From: Botryllus schlosseri
Taxonomy: Eukaryota
Assembly: GCA_051294905.1 (NCBI GenBank)
Contig: CM119372.1
Coordinates: 8,000,001 to 8,064,000 of the forward strand
Direction: 5' to 3'
Length of the DNA: 64,000 nucleotides
Part shown: one piece after another, positions 35,071-46,800 of the stretch
How the letters are laid out: each line of letters starts with the position of its first letter
How positions within the stretch are numbered: position 1 is the first letter of the stretch
The notes under the pieces: generated by a model
What the model saw: the letters and a program-made list of their open reading frames with translations, nothing else
Told to the model about the DNA's origin: nothing
Databases searched by the model: none
Position numbers and translations under genes: made by a program

Positions 35071-35481
35071 GTCTAGGCGAAGTAAATAAGAGGCATGCAC
35101 ATTGCACACTGAATGAAAAGTAATGCAGAGAATATAATACCATAGCAATTTACAACGTACGCTACGTTGTAAATTGCTATGATAAGACGCAAGCGACAAA
35201 ACGAGGTGGTATGTGGCGGAGGGCGATGTCGATGTTAGGTCGTGGTCCGGTAATCCGGAAGACTGGCTAGTATTCAGGTCTTTGGTCTGACCCGGCCGGG
35301 TATCAAACCCACGACCTACCGATCAGGAAGCCGGAGAAGTATGGCAACTCTACATTGTAGAGATTGTAGTTTCATCATAATCGTTTACAATAGTGTTGGA
35401 AACAATCTCTCACCATGGAAAACTGAATGCTCTCACCATAGTGTCCTGTAGGACACTATGCTCTCACCATAGTGTCCTATA

Positions 35482-37285
35482 TGGTGTCGACACAAGCAAA
35501 TCTCACGGTTCAATGAAATTGTATCACGTCACAATTTCCATTTGGCTACGGGCAATTTAACGGCCATTTTTGACCGGCTTGCCGAGCATTAAATTTGATG
35601 AGTCGGGTATCAATCGAAAGCTGACTCTGCACTGATTACGAAAATATAAATTTTATTCCACTCATGGCCCTGGAACCCCCACAATCAGCCCCAAATTATT
35701 CATTGTTAAGTAGGTTGGCAGTGTGACGCAACAATGCTGTCTGGCGAAACCAAAGACTAGCTCAAGAGCAAGGATGCGGCCGAGCGGCGAGAGTGGGATC
35801 AGCTGACGTCGCGGCAATAGCAATGAGCAATCGCGTCGCAGAGAAACGCTGCGCTGTTGATACTTTTCTATGCGCTTTTTATGCAAACTCTGTTGGGCCG
35901 AATGGACAATGGACATTCAGTTATTCACAGATGCGAAAAAAATAATGCAAATCCGTTTTACGTAAGTTACATTAGGAATATAAATACAGGCTACAGAATG
36001 AATATAATTCAAATATCTGTGATACCACTGTATTACTTTTGACGCAAAAGGTCCCCAGCATTCAAAAAAACTGTTTGGTGATTGAAAAATGATAAACCAA
36101 ATTCCAACGTCAACGTTTATAGTGATATCAGATATATTCCAGTGAAAAACAAAGGTATGGATTTGGTGGTAACATTTTGGAGTCATTTGACAGGTCTGGC
36201 CCGCAAACTTTCCAATAACGGATTGAATCCGGACAGCGATCCCAGTTTAATTCGACACTCCTGCTGTTAAACTTTATTCAACAATTAACATTTTACCTGC
36301 TGCATTCGCGGACCAAGTCCTACCATTACGGATCAAATAAAAGCTTGTAATGTATGCCCATGCTCAATGCTCATTGCTCACACTTAACCATAAAAGCGAC
36401 TATAGAAAGTATCGACACCCGCCATCACCAGCGCCACGCATCTCTGGAGCCCTACGCAACAAGCGGCTAAGGTAATCGATATCATAATAATCTGACATAT
36501 TCAATGTAGACTACTTAAACGTAGCCTACATATCTCCATCAGCTGAAGAAAATTGCGCGAAAATTGGTAGGGACCAAAAACATTGTGTGGACCCAGTTCT
36601 ACCCTTACAAGTCAAGGAAAGGCTGGCATGTGGTCGCTTTTAGCGAAGCGCCTATAGAAAGTATCAACAGCGCCACGCGTCTCTGGAGCCCTACGCAACT
36701 AGCGGGCTAAGGCAATCGATATCATAATAATGTGACATATCCAATGTAGACTATTTTAGACGTAGCCTAAATATCTCTATCAGTTGAAGGATAATGCGCG
36801 AAAATTGGTAGGGCCCTAATACATTCTGTGGACCCAGTTCTACCCTTAAAAGTCAAGGAAAGGCTGATAAGGCGTGCTCGCTTATACCGAAGCCCATAGA
36901 AAAGTATCAACAGCGCAATGTTTCTCTGCGACGCGATTGCTCATTGCTATTGCCGCGACGTCAGCTGATCCCACTCTCGCCGCTCGGCCGCATCCTTGCT
37001 CTTGAGCTAGTCTTTGGTTTCGCCAGACAGCATTGTTGCGTCACACTGCCAACCTACTTAACAATGAAGAATTTGGGGCTGATTGTGGGGGTTCCAGGGC
37101 CATGAGTGGAATAAAATTTATATTTTCGTAATCAGTGCAGAGTCAGCTTTCGATTGATACCCGACTCATCAAATTTAATGCTCGGCAAGCCGGTCAAAAA
37201 TGACCGTTAAATTGCCTGTAGCCAAATGGAAATTGTGACGTGATACAATTTCATTGAACCGTGAGATTTGCTTGTGTCGACACCA
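35482..37285. repeat. Long near-perfect inverted repeat (~390-bp arms) enclosing two ~250-bp tandem units
   Basis: 35482-35872 is the reverse complement of 36895-37285 with only a handful of mismatches. Tandem units lie at 36401-36652 and 36653-36894, and a diverged copy of the arm lies at ~130-375. Confidence 0.9.
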
Positions 37286-37328
37286 AAGTCACTCAACTAT
37301 GACATAGTTGAGTGACTTTGGTCGACAC

Positions 37329-37660
37329 CAGAGATGAGCATGGATTAGGATTAGGTTTTGAAAAAACAGGATTTGTGAAATTTTGTCGGATTAGGATTTG
37401 GATTGGATTGACTTATTTTCTGGGAGATTGAAATGTCGTGTGGCGAATGGCGACGAACTTTATTTAGATCAGTTAATAATGTACTTATGGTTACTAAGTT
37501 ATCTTGAATCAAGTGAATCGTTGGTTGTGTAAGAAAATTTTCGAATCCCTCTGTTGCATAAATTAGTATTTTTTCTGAATTTCCAGTTGGAATCGGATTA
37601 GGATTGGACATGGACTTGAACATGAAAAAGTAATGGATTAGGATTTAGATTTGGTATGCT
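37329..37660. mobile_element. Partial MITE with a CAGAGATG end and GGATTAGGATT subterminal repeats
   Basis: Related element at 61783-62004 (CAGAGATGTGC...GCTCATCTCTG). No TSD confirmed. Confidence 0.5.
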
Positions 37661-37810
37661 TGAGTAATCTGAAGGTTTGGATTATTACCATTCGCATATT
37701 CGCTTCGCTGCGCTGTGTTGTTATTCTGCGACTTCCCGACGTAATGCTGTATCTGGTTGCTGCAAAATTGTATTGGGTGCATTAATTATTATCTGACTGT
37801 GCATATCGGC

Positions 37811-40800
37811 ATGGACAGGTACGGCCGAAAGCTGCAATGGGATATGAAGCGATCGGTTTTCATTGCTAGCGCATTCTACTTCTTCTACTATGGCGGAAAA
37901 GCTTGTTTGTTCCCATTCCTCACATTGTACTTCCGACAGCTGGGTTTGACTGCTTCTCAAACTGGATTAGCTCTCGGGCTAAAGTCGATAGTATGGTTCT
38001 GTGTTTCACCAATATGGATGACTCTTGTTCACAGGTAGGTGGATTCAAGATCTGGAAATAATTATATATTTTTATTGGTCAATACAATACAATTCATTTC
38101 TTGCAGTTGCAAATAGTGAAAATTTATATAGACCCGAGTGACCGAGTCATGTGAAGAGATGTTACGATTGATTTAAGAGGTTTGGCAGACGATGCTCTCT
38201 GCTATTCTGCAAGGATTTGAATGTATTTTTGTGACGAAAAATCTTGTCTTCTGCAATAGCCTAACCAATATTCAGTGATTTTGCTACTACTCTCTGATTT
38301 TGTTGCATGAAGTGTAATGTACTTTTCCGTTACCAACTACCGTCAGCTATCCTTTTTCTGCCCTTTGAATTTTAAAAAGTTAATTTAATCCGAAACATTA
38401 TATTATGAGGACGTTGTGATATAACTGTCTTTTATCACTGCCAATTGTATATGAATTGAATTGAAGTAAGCTATACTTGATTATATAATACAATTATCCG
38501 TTACAGGCTGTGCAACTCCGTTATATAATCATCTTATTATGTTCTAAGTTTGAGAATGGTATATATTCGCGGATATCAACCATTATTCTCATACTGCTTT
38601 TAAAATGGGCAACTTCCCTATTGCAACAGTACTGAAATAGGTAGGCCTACCACAAATTTGCAGCAGTACATATTGAATACATGGACATATCATCAATTGA
38701 TCTCGGGAACCATTTTCACTTGTGTTTACAAGTTAATAACTTTGTTGTAAGGTGATATATCTTGACTTATTGACCATCAATGTGTAATTAGAAAAAGTAG
38801 CCTGAATTAAGTGACATTTTGGTCATTCAATATAGGTTTAGATTCCTCTGCCACAGGTCATCGCTATTATGCTCTCCGCCTCGTCTCTATGAAAAAATAT
38901 AAAGACAAAATTTCCCAATACTAAACATTCCTGTCGGCTGCATGCGGGCCGCGGGGCCATGCCCTTGGCAAATGATAAAAAGGAAATGGATTTATTGTAC
39001 GGCAATAGTTCATGTTAAAGGACACAGCGTCTAATTAGCCCTACAGAAAATATTTCCTATGAATACAATTTTAAAACCAGGAAATGATATCAGATGCTAC
39101 ATTAATGATCGTTTGACTAGGGACCCAGGGTGCAACCTGTGTGCCTATTCAGGGTAATGGGGTTAGAAATGTGAAACATGCTACTGGCATGACATTGCTC
39201 TCAGATTATACCAGGGTTTATTAACTTGAGCTCCGTAAAATTTGACTATTGCAACTATCCCCAGATTTTCATCCATCTATAAGGTAATTACGGTTATTCC
39301 TATTGATCAAGTTGCATTTCAGCCAAACATGGGCATTCATACTTCCAAGAAAAATTGCAAAAACAGATTTTATAATCCAGTAATACACTGTCTTCAGTAC
39401 CAGGGCAAGTCCTATCTTGCAGTATATGTTCTTCCTTTCTGAAAGATTACATGAAGTAGGCAAGGTAAATAAGTAAACAATTTTAGCACAAGCATATCCT
39501 TGAGAGGCATGGTTTGTCCTATGGTTGTTACTACACGACTCATCTCAAAAGCCTTGTTGTCAGCTTTATTTGCTTTCAAAACGACACAGCAAAATAGATT
39601 GCTAACCACACAACACAACTGGTACATTGGTGTTAATATGAATACGATGTTGAGCAGTATAGCTGTGATAAAATGCCTCAAACTTTACAAATGGATCCAT
39701 CGATTTTTCGATAATGTTAAGAGTTTAAGTATCACAGGACTCCACATCTTTTGTTGTTTTGAAAATGCAGTTTAGATTCAATGATGTATCCATAGTTTAG
39801 CACATTCCACTTTTGTAATTGTAGTAGAGTTGATTACTTTCATGTTCTTACCAATCATAGGCTTGCATCGACCATAGACATTAGACATCAATGTTCCGAT
39901 GTCTATATATATTATCTTTCAGAGTAAACAAGACGAGGGCATTCCTCTGCTACAGTATTTTCATCGTGATCGGAAGCAACCTGTCCCTCACATTACTTCC
40001 AGCCGCTGACCCCACACTTCCAGTGAAGTTTTGTATGAATGAATCGCCACCAATTATAGAGCCGAACATCGGAAGTTTTGTACCGACACTTCTGCCAAAC
40101 TTCACGTTACCAATTGACGAAGGTTAGATTCTCTAGATATATTTTCTTCCTATTTCAATTTAGATTTTGCACAATGCACATTTCCAATGTCTGAGAGCTA
40201 ATTAAATCAATTGTTTGGTTCAAGATTGTAGCTCAAAAATGAAATGCCGGTTTTGACGCACTATTGGAGCTATGACATTGATATATTTATCCGATGCATA
40301 AACGCTGCAGCCCTGGCATATGTCTCACTGTAAAAATCAGCAACTCAACAGGACATTGAAATTGCAGTTGGATTGCAATCTCGACTTTTTGGCTTTGTGA
40401 CTCTGTGAATATTTGGTGTCCGCCAATGGCTTGCGGGCTGCCGTGAGAGTTTGCCAAGCTAGTAAAGGTTGATAGTCACTGATCGATTGCGAACCATATT
40501 GTATTGTATCGAGCAGTAATAGTAATGCTTATAAAATATACTTTTACTGTTCGCAGATCTTGCATCTTCTGCCGCAACTGTGACATGGCACGATATTCAA
40601 GATTCCAGTGACAGCGGCATGGCAAATAATGTCTCTTACAAATTGAACAATATTTCCAACCCTAACATATCAGCTACAGCAATACCACTGCCCGTGCCCG
40701 TCGAAAGAGACGAAATACAGTTCTCAACGCCGACGCCCACTCCGGCTGTCCCGACGAGTTCCGCCACTTCTACCACAACAAGCAAAAAAGCCTTGACCCA

Positions 40801-43800
40801 TTATCAGCTGGCTAAGACGATGCTGAGCGCGTTCAAAGACAACGGAATAACCAGCGATCAAACCGATATCATTGAAGGATTTATTGCGGAGTACGAGGTC
40901 ACAAAGAACATGCCCGAATGGAAACAACGCATCATTGTCCGGGATATTATCAAACTGTTGAAAAGTGACGAGAGAACCGGAACTGCCGGGCACAGTGCGA
41001 ACCGGCGTTCCCTGAGGTCGAGGGTCGGCGCACGTCGTTGGTCCCGCACAAGGGTAAAGCGTAGCGTGGATGATGCAGAAGCGACTACTTCTAGTATAGG
41101 ACTATTGGACGCGGTCAAAAACTTTACAAGTGTACTGTCGGAGGTAAGGAGCAGACTCTGACAACTAGAAAATTTTCATCTTTTTCGAATTTGATTAGAA
41201 TTAGAATTGGAATGATAACTAAGCAGTTTCTTCCAAATCATATTAGAATTAGAATTATATATAGCTATGTTGTCCACTGTCCAGCAGTGTTGGGATCAAG
41301 TCACTACCTTCGAGTCACGAGTCATCTCGAGTCATTGCACATTTTGACTCGAGTCAAGTCAAGTCAATCGATTTTCAAAGGTGACTCGAGTCAAGTCAAG
41401 TCACTCGTTTTTTGGATGTGACTCGAGTCAAGTCAAGTCAAGTCAGGACGAGTCACGAGTCAAGTCACAATTCAAGTCAATTTGAATTTTCGAAGTGTCA
41501 GTGACGATTCAAAGTCATTACAATTTGCTAGCTGTGTGTAAGACAGAATAATTTGCCATTTATCTTGCATCAAATAATGAATATAAAGCTTAATATGCAT
41601 GCAAGAAGGCTTCTATCACGCACACGTAGAACCGCAAATATAATAAGCAACTATGTATAGCCACGCTACAGTCTGTTATAATATCAGCCAATAGGTTCGA
41701 ATACGAAGCCTCGAGAAGTTGTAACAAATTGATATGAATTTGAATCTTTCAAGAGGGTTGGTAAAGGTGATCACTATGCAATGTTAGCACTGAGCCGTCC
41801 AAGAAACATAGATATGTTAATTGCTATTGTATTCTTATTCTACTTCCTCTACTACTATACTACTACGACAGCGTAACCTGTGATCATTTCGTCTGTGGTC
41901 AATATATTTGTGATGCAATAATGGAGGATGATTCAAACGTACATTCAGTGAATTCCTGGTTACTCTCACAAGTGACACAAGCGTATCGCGAACAATACGA
42001 ACATATGCACAAAATACACTGATTTGATTGATACCGTCTACTTGATGACTTGAAATTGACTCGTAAATTTTGGTCCGAGTCACGAGTCAATCGGCATTTT
42101 TGAAGCGCCGAGTCAAGTCAAGTCATTTTTACAAAGTGACTCGAGTCAAGTCAAGTCATACGAAAAAGTGACTCGAGTCTGACTCGAGTCAAGTCATGAC
42201 TCGAGTCATCCCAACACTGCTGTCCAGTAATGAACTAATTCTGCTTGTTCCCAAGTGCTTCACTGATTATGTTTTTAGACTACTTGCGCTTCTACTATAC
42301 AATTATATTTATTTCGGAAAAACTATTTACTTTTCACAGTTTGTATTTTAACAAGTAGAATGTGGTTTTGGGACATGATTGGATCACTTTTCCGAGTGAA
42401 ATTTTCATGACAACGGGGGGGGGGGGGGCATATCACGGCATGTGAATATGTTTTCCAAAATTACACCTGGTGTCATTGGTCCTTTTGTGTTAGTCACAAA
42501 GATGCACCCTGTAATTTCTGGGGCTAGAGATTAACTGCTAAAGGTGTGCCACCCATGACCGTATCTACTTTTTGAAACTACTTGCCTGAATAATTTTCCG
42601 GCATACATTTTCTGCTTGGAAGTAATTTTGACATAGTTGATATTGCTACTCGTACTTGTAATTTAGAGGAAAGTTATGGCAGGGCTTCTGCTGCTCTGTC
42701 TATACTTGAGTAGCAACACTGACTACTTTGACCACCTGTGTTATTGGAGTGCATTATTAATCAACTCTGTCATTTTCTTTAATTTGTAGAAAAAGGACGC
42801 CGCTATTGAAAGCTTGACTCCTTTTGTCACGGAGAACTCTTATCTCTTTCTCTGCGTCCTGATCATTCTTGTCGCGGGTAAGTAACTGATGTGATTTATG
42901 TTCGCATTTGTTGTTGCGTAAAGGAAATTTCGCGTCTTAATCACGGATGTGTGATTTATGTATGAGCTAACTTCCTGTGCACACCATGGGATCAGATGAT
43001 CATGACCAACAGACCAAGAGGATTATGCTTAGCCCATAATAGACATAATAAACTATCTGAAATCGCTGTGTGTAGTCTTGATTGCAGGTAAATGTTCATT
43101 AGTACCCCTACAGTAGCAATTGGTAATTGGAGACTAATGATTAGGAAAGCAATAATTAACTGATAAGTGATCACCTGATTAAGAAAGGACTTGGAGATAA
43201 GCTGGCGGGACGATACTCATGTAAAAACATGCCCTTTCGTGTAACAGACAAATGTAAATTGTCAACGCCTGTATCCTGCTACTCGGTAGAAGGAACACTT
43301 GGCATCGTTACTGCATTTCCTGTGTGACTCCGAGACTATTGTGTTAATCGGGGATGCGCTCTTTCCTTACTGTAACTGTTGTGGAAGCTGTGGAAATATA
43401 CTTTTTCTAGGTAGCGCAAGACGGGCGATGACTCTCCTCCATCTAAATAACGTCTGTTAATTTGATAACAGGAATCTGCCTGTTAGTTATTAATATAATA
43501 TGATTTGTGTAATGATATGAGTTGTTTGACGCTATTTATAACTTTCATCCTTTAAGTTTCTTGTTGCTGCAACTCTGGCACTATGCCTATCAAAATACGA
43601 TGCTGTGTTAGTGGTTGTTAGGGCTGGTTACAGTGATTCGAGTGTTAATAATAATGGACTCGAGTCGTGTAATGAGAGACGGTTTTTTCGTGTACTTACA
43701 TTATATGCCCCTTTCCTTCCGGTGAGAGTGATCTTATCAACGAGAATTGTAGTTTCGTTGCTTTGTCGCAGCGTATAAATTTTGAACTGCCAATATTTTC

Positions 43801-46800
43801 TCTGTATTCGCATAAACAGTACACATTTAAAATTTCCCCATAGTCCATACTAGACTAGTTCAACTAGTGTGACGCCATGCTACTTCACTTGTAGCATAAA
43901 ACTCAATTCGGAATCAAAGCACTCGAGAACCTGTAGTCGATTGTTCCCAACCAATGTCCTGTCTAAATCCCTCACATCAATTCAGCCCATTCTAGTTAAG
44001 CGATTTAGCCGGGTCATTCTATCGCAAGACAATCGTACCGTGGAAACAGCTGGATTTTCTACACGCGTGTATGCTGCTGTTCAAATGTACACCTAAAAGA
44101 TACCATGTATTCACAGTTGGGCAATGTATTGTGTGTAGCTTGAACTCTGTAGGATGTACTATCATTACTTATTGTATTCGCTCGATTTGATAATGGCACG
44201 ATATGTACTGTCGCGTTTCAGGCGAATTTCTTTCCGCCCCTGTCGAGATGGTCAGCGACAATGCCTTGTACTGTCTTCTGGACGAATTGGACAATCTCAA
44301 CCAGTACGGGAAGCATCGTAGCTCGGCTCTGGTGGGCGCCGCGCTCAGTGGGATAACTGTTTCAATAATCGTCTACTTTTCGCCGTGTCTCATCAACGGA
44401 AGCATTAACCGGTACGCGCCTACTGCAATACAATTTGGTGTACCTATGAGAATATTCAGCAGGATGTAATTTGAATTGAACAACCACGGCAGACTATAAT
44501 TCCGTGTTATTACAGCTCTCTGGAAGTAGCAATGTCCGTTTTAGATGTATGGTATACTGTAGTGGTGTATGTTACCTTATTCATGGCACTGCTTAATTAC
44601 ATGTAACATACATGTATGATCGTAATAATTGATGGACTTTAAAAACTCGCAAACCATTTATCTTGTCGTTTATGATGTCTCATTTCTTGTGTAACAATGA
44701 ACGGACGACTACCTTGAAATTATGTTCGTTCCACGTGGCCGCCACGAGTTTTGGTTACACCCCAAATCCAAATATTAACACAATAGGCCGGCCACTACAC
44801 TTGATATTTGCTAGTTGAAAAACCAATTGAATTTACTGTGGCTTCTGCCGTGCTACCCGTCATAGAGCGCGCCTATTGTGTAATAAGGAATTTTATTGAG
44901 CCCAATATGGTTTCGCTTGATAATGTAAGATAATTGCGCCAATAAAGGTTCTTTATAACCTTGAATGGCTCGCGTAATTTGTAAATGATGCCGTCTTCCG
45001 TTATTACGAAGCAAATGTCAATGACTTGACGACACGCTGTCTAGACTTGAATAACCCAATCGACCTGTTAGTAAGCTCGATCGCTACCTGTCAGGATATA
45101 TTCGCACCCTTGAACTTTGATCTATACAGTGTAGTGCAGCGTATGTTATTATTGCCGGATTCCGATTAAAAAGCAGTACGTCTTCTGCATTGCGATCGGG
45201 TGTCTGCTGTCCAATCCTGGGTAATTGCTCGTAAAGTTCAAGTGTTTTTCTGGTGCGAATTTTCCATCATTATTGTGTTTTGAGCGCATGCGGCTGGTTC
45301 CTTGCTTTCTCAAATTACTGTAAATGATTATATTGTTGGTCATGGGTGATTTGCAGAAGTTTTTTGGATGGTATTGGAGCGTAGGCCTATGTCTTTTTTC
45401 TTAATCTCGTTCAATACCCACGCTCAGAAGTGAAATATGCTGCACAAAAGCCGTGTCTTAATAATTACAAGACCACAATAACATATTACATTCATTTACG
45501 TGTGAACTGCGGGTTGATTTTAATTTCTGTAAAAAAAACTTTGTGTGTAAGATGTTGAATGCGCGATATATATTGGCCACGAACAAAGAGTCCAAGAAAT
45601 ACTGAATAGGGTACCATTTCTTTGTGTTTTAGCGTCCATTACGGGGAAGTATATGAAAAAGCAATGCATTGTCACTCTATATCAGGCCTGGGCCAAATGC
45701 GGCCCGCGGAGCTATTCTGTGGGCCCGCGAAAGGTTGCTTGAAATTCAAAATATAAAACCTACTTTTCAATATTGCTGCGTGGACTAAAACCATAGGATG
45801 TATAAACTGAACCGGTAATTCGTTTACAATCAAGCCTGTTCATTAACACGCTGCGATTACGCAGCCTATACGTACCTCTCATGCGTAGTCCAGATTCAAA
45901 ATAAAGTCAATGTAGCAAATTATGCCGTTACAATTAAAGTCACAAGAAGTCATTAAACCTTCTTTGTTTTCATTGTCACATTACGCATTACACGGTCTCT
46001 GTTTCAAATTGTTACGTGATGCTATTCCAAATCCCTAATTCGTAAAACAAGTCAATCACTACCCGTGATTTCTATGAGTCATCATCACACATAAAGGATA
46101 TCAAAAAAATAATTCCGAAAGTTGAAGGAGTTCAATTTAAGTCGGTTCTATGACAATAACACGAAGATATACACTCGGTCAAGGAACGGCGAATTTCTGA
46201 AGAACTGCAAGCTTGGCTCAAAACGAGGCCCTTATGAAAAGGACTTCCCTTATGTTGACCGAAAACCAATTGTCCATAGGCAATATTTGGCAATGAAGAA
46301 ATTTCAATTTGGAATAGTGTGCATCTTTTAGTTTAGTACGCTTTGGCGATTTCAATATCTTTTCACATAGCAGACGGGTAAACGGACAGTAAAACTGAGT
46401 ACAATCATGAAAAAATTTCGCGCTTTGCGCGATTAGGGCGTAAAACGTTACTAATTAGTGTATACAAGAAATCTCTCTCAGAAGTAGTGTTAAAAATTTG
46501 CACCCTGATGGGGGTCTGGTCTGGGGGGGAGGCGTCGCCATTGTTTCGAAATATGACGGAAAATAAATTTTTGTTTTTGTTAATTAACCGTCACTCTCTC
46601 ATTTCCCAATATCAACACATCCATTGAGCACCATTTAGTGTAATTCACTGCTTTCAATTTATGAATAAAATCAATACGCTGGAGAATACAGCTAAAATTT
46701 CTGACTCGGCCCGCCAACATATTTTCTGCTTCTCATTTGGCCCGCGGAGAAAAATAATTGCACACCCCTGCTCTATATGTAGCCCACACTAGTGCAGTGT

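Noticed and set aside
35407..35483. True CRISPR array
   Set aside because: Repeats are only 7 bp, there are no cas genes and the context is eukaryotic; stacked TSDs explain it better.
39873..39908. Another CATAG hairpin scar
   Set aside because: Imperfect palindrome, no TG end and no TSD.
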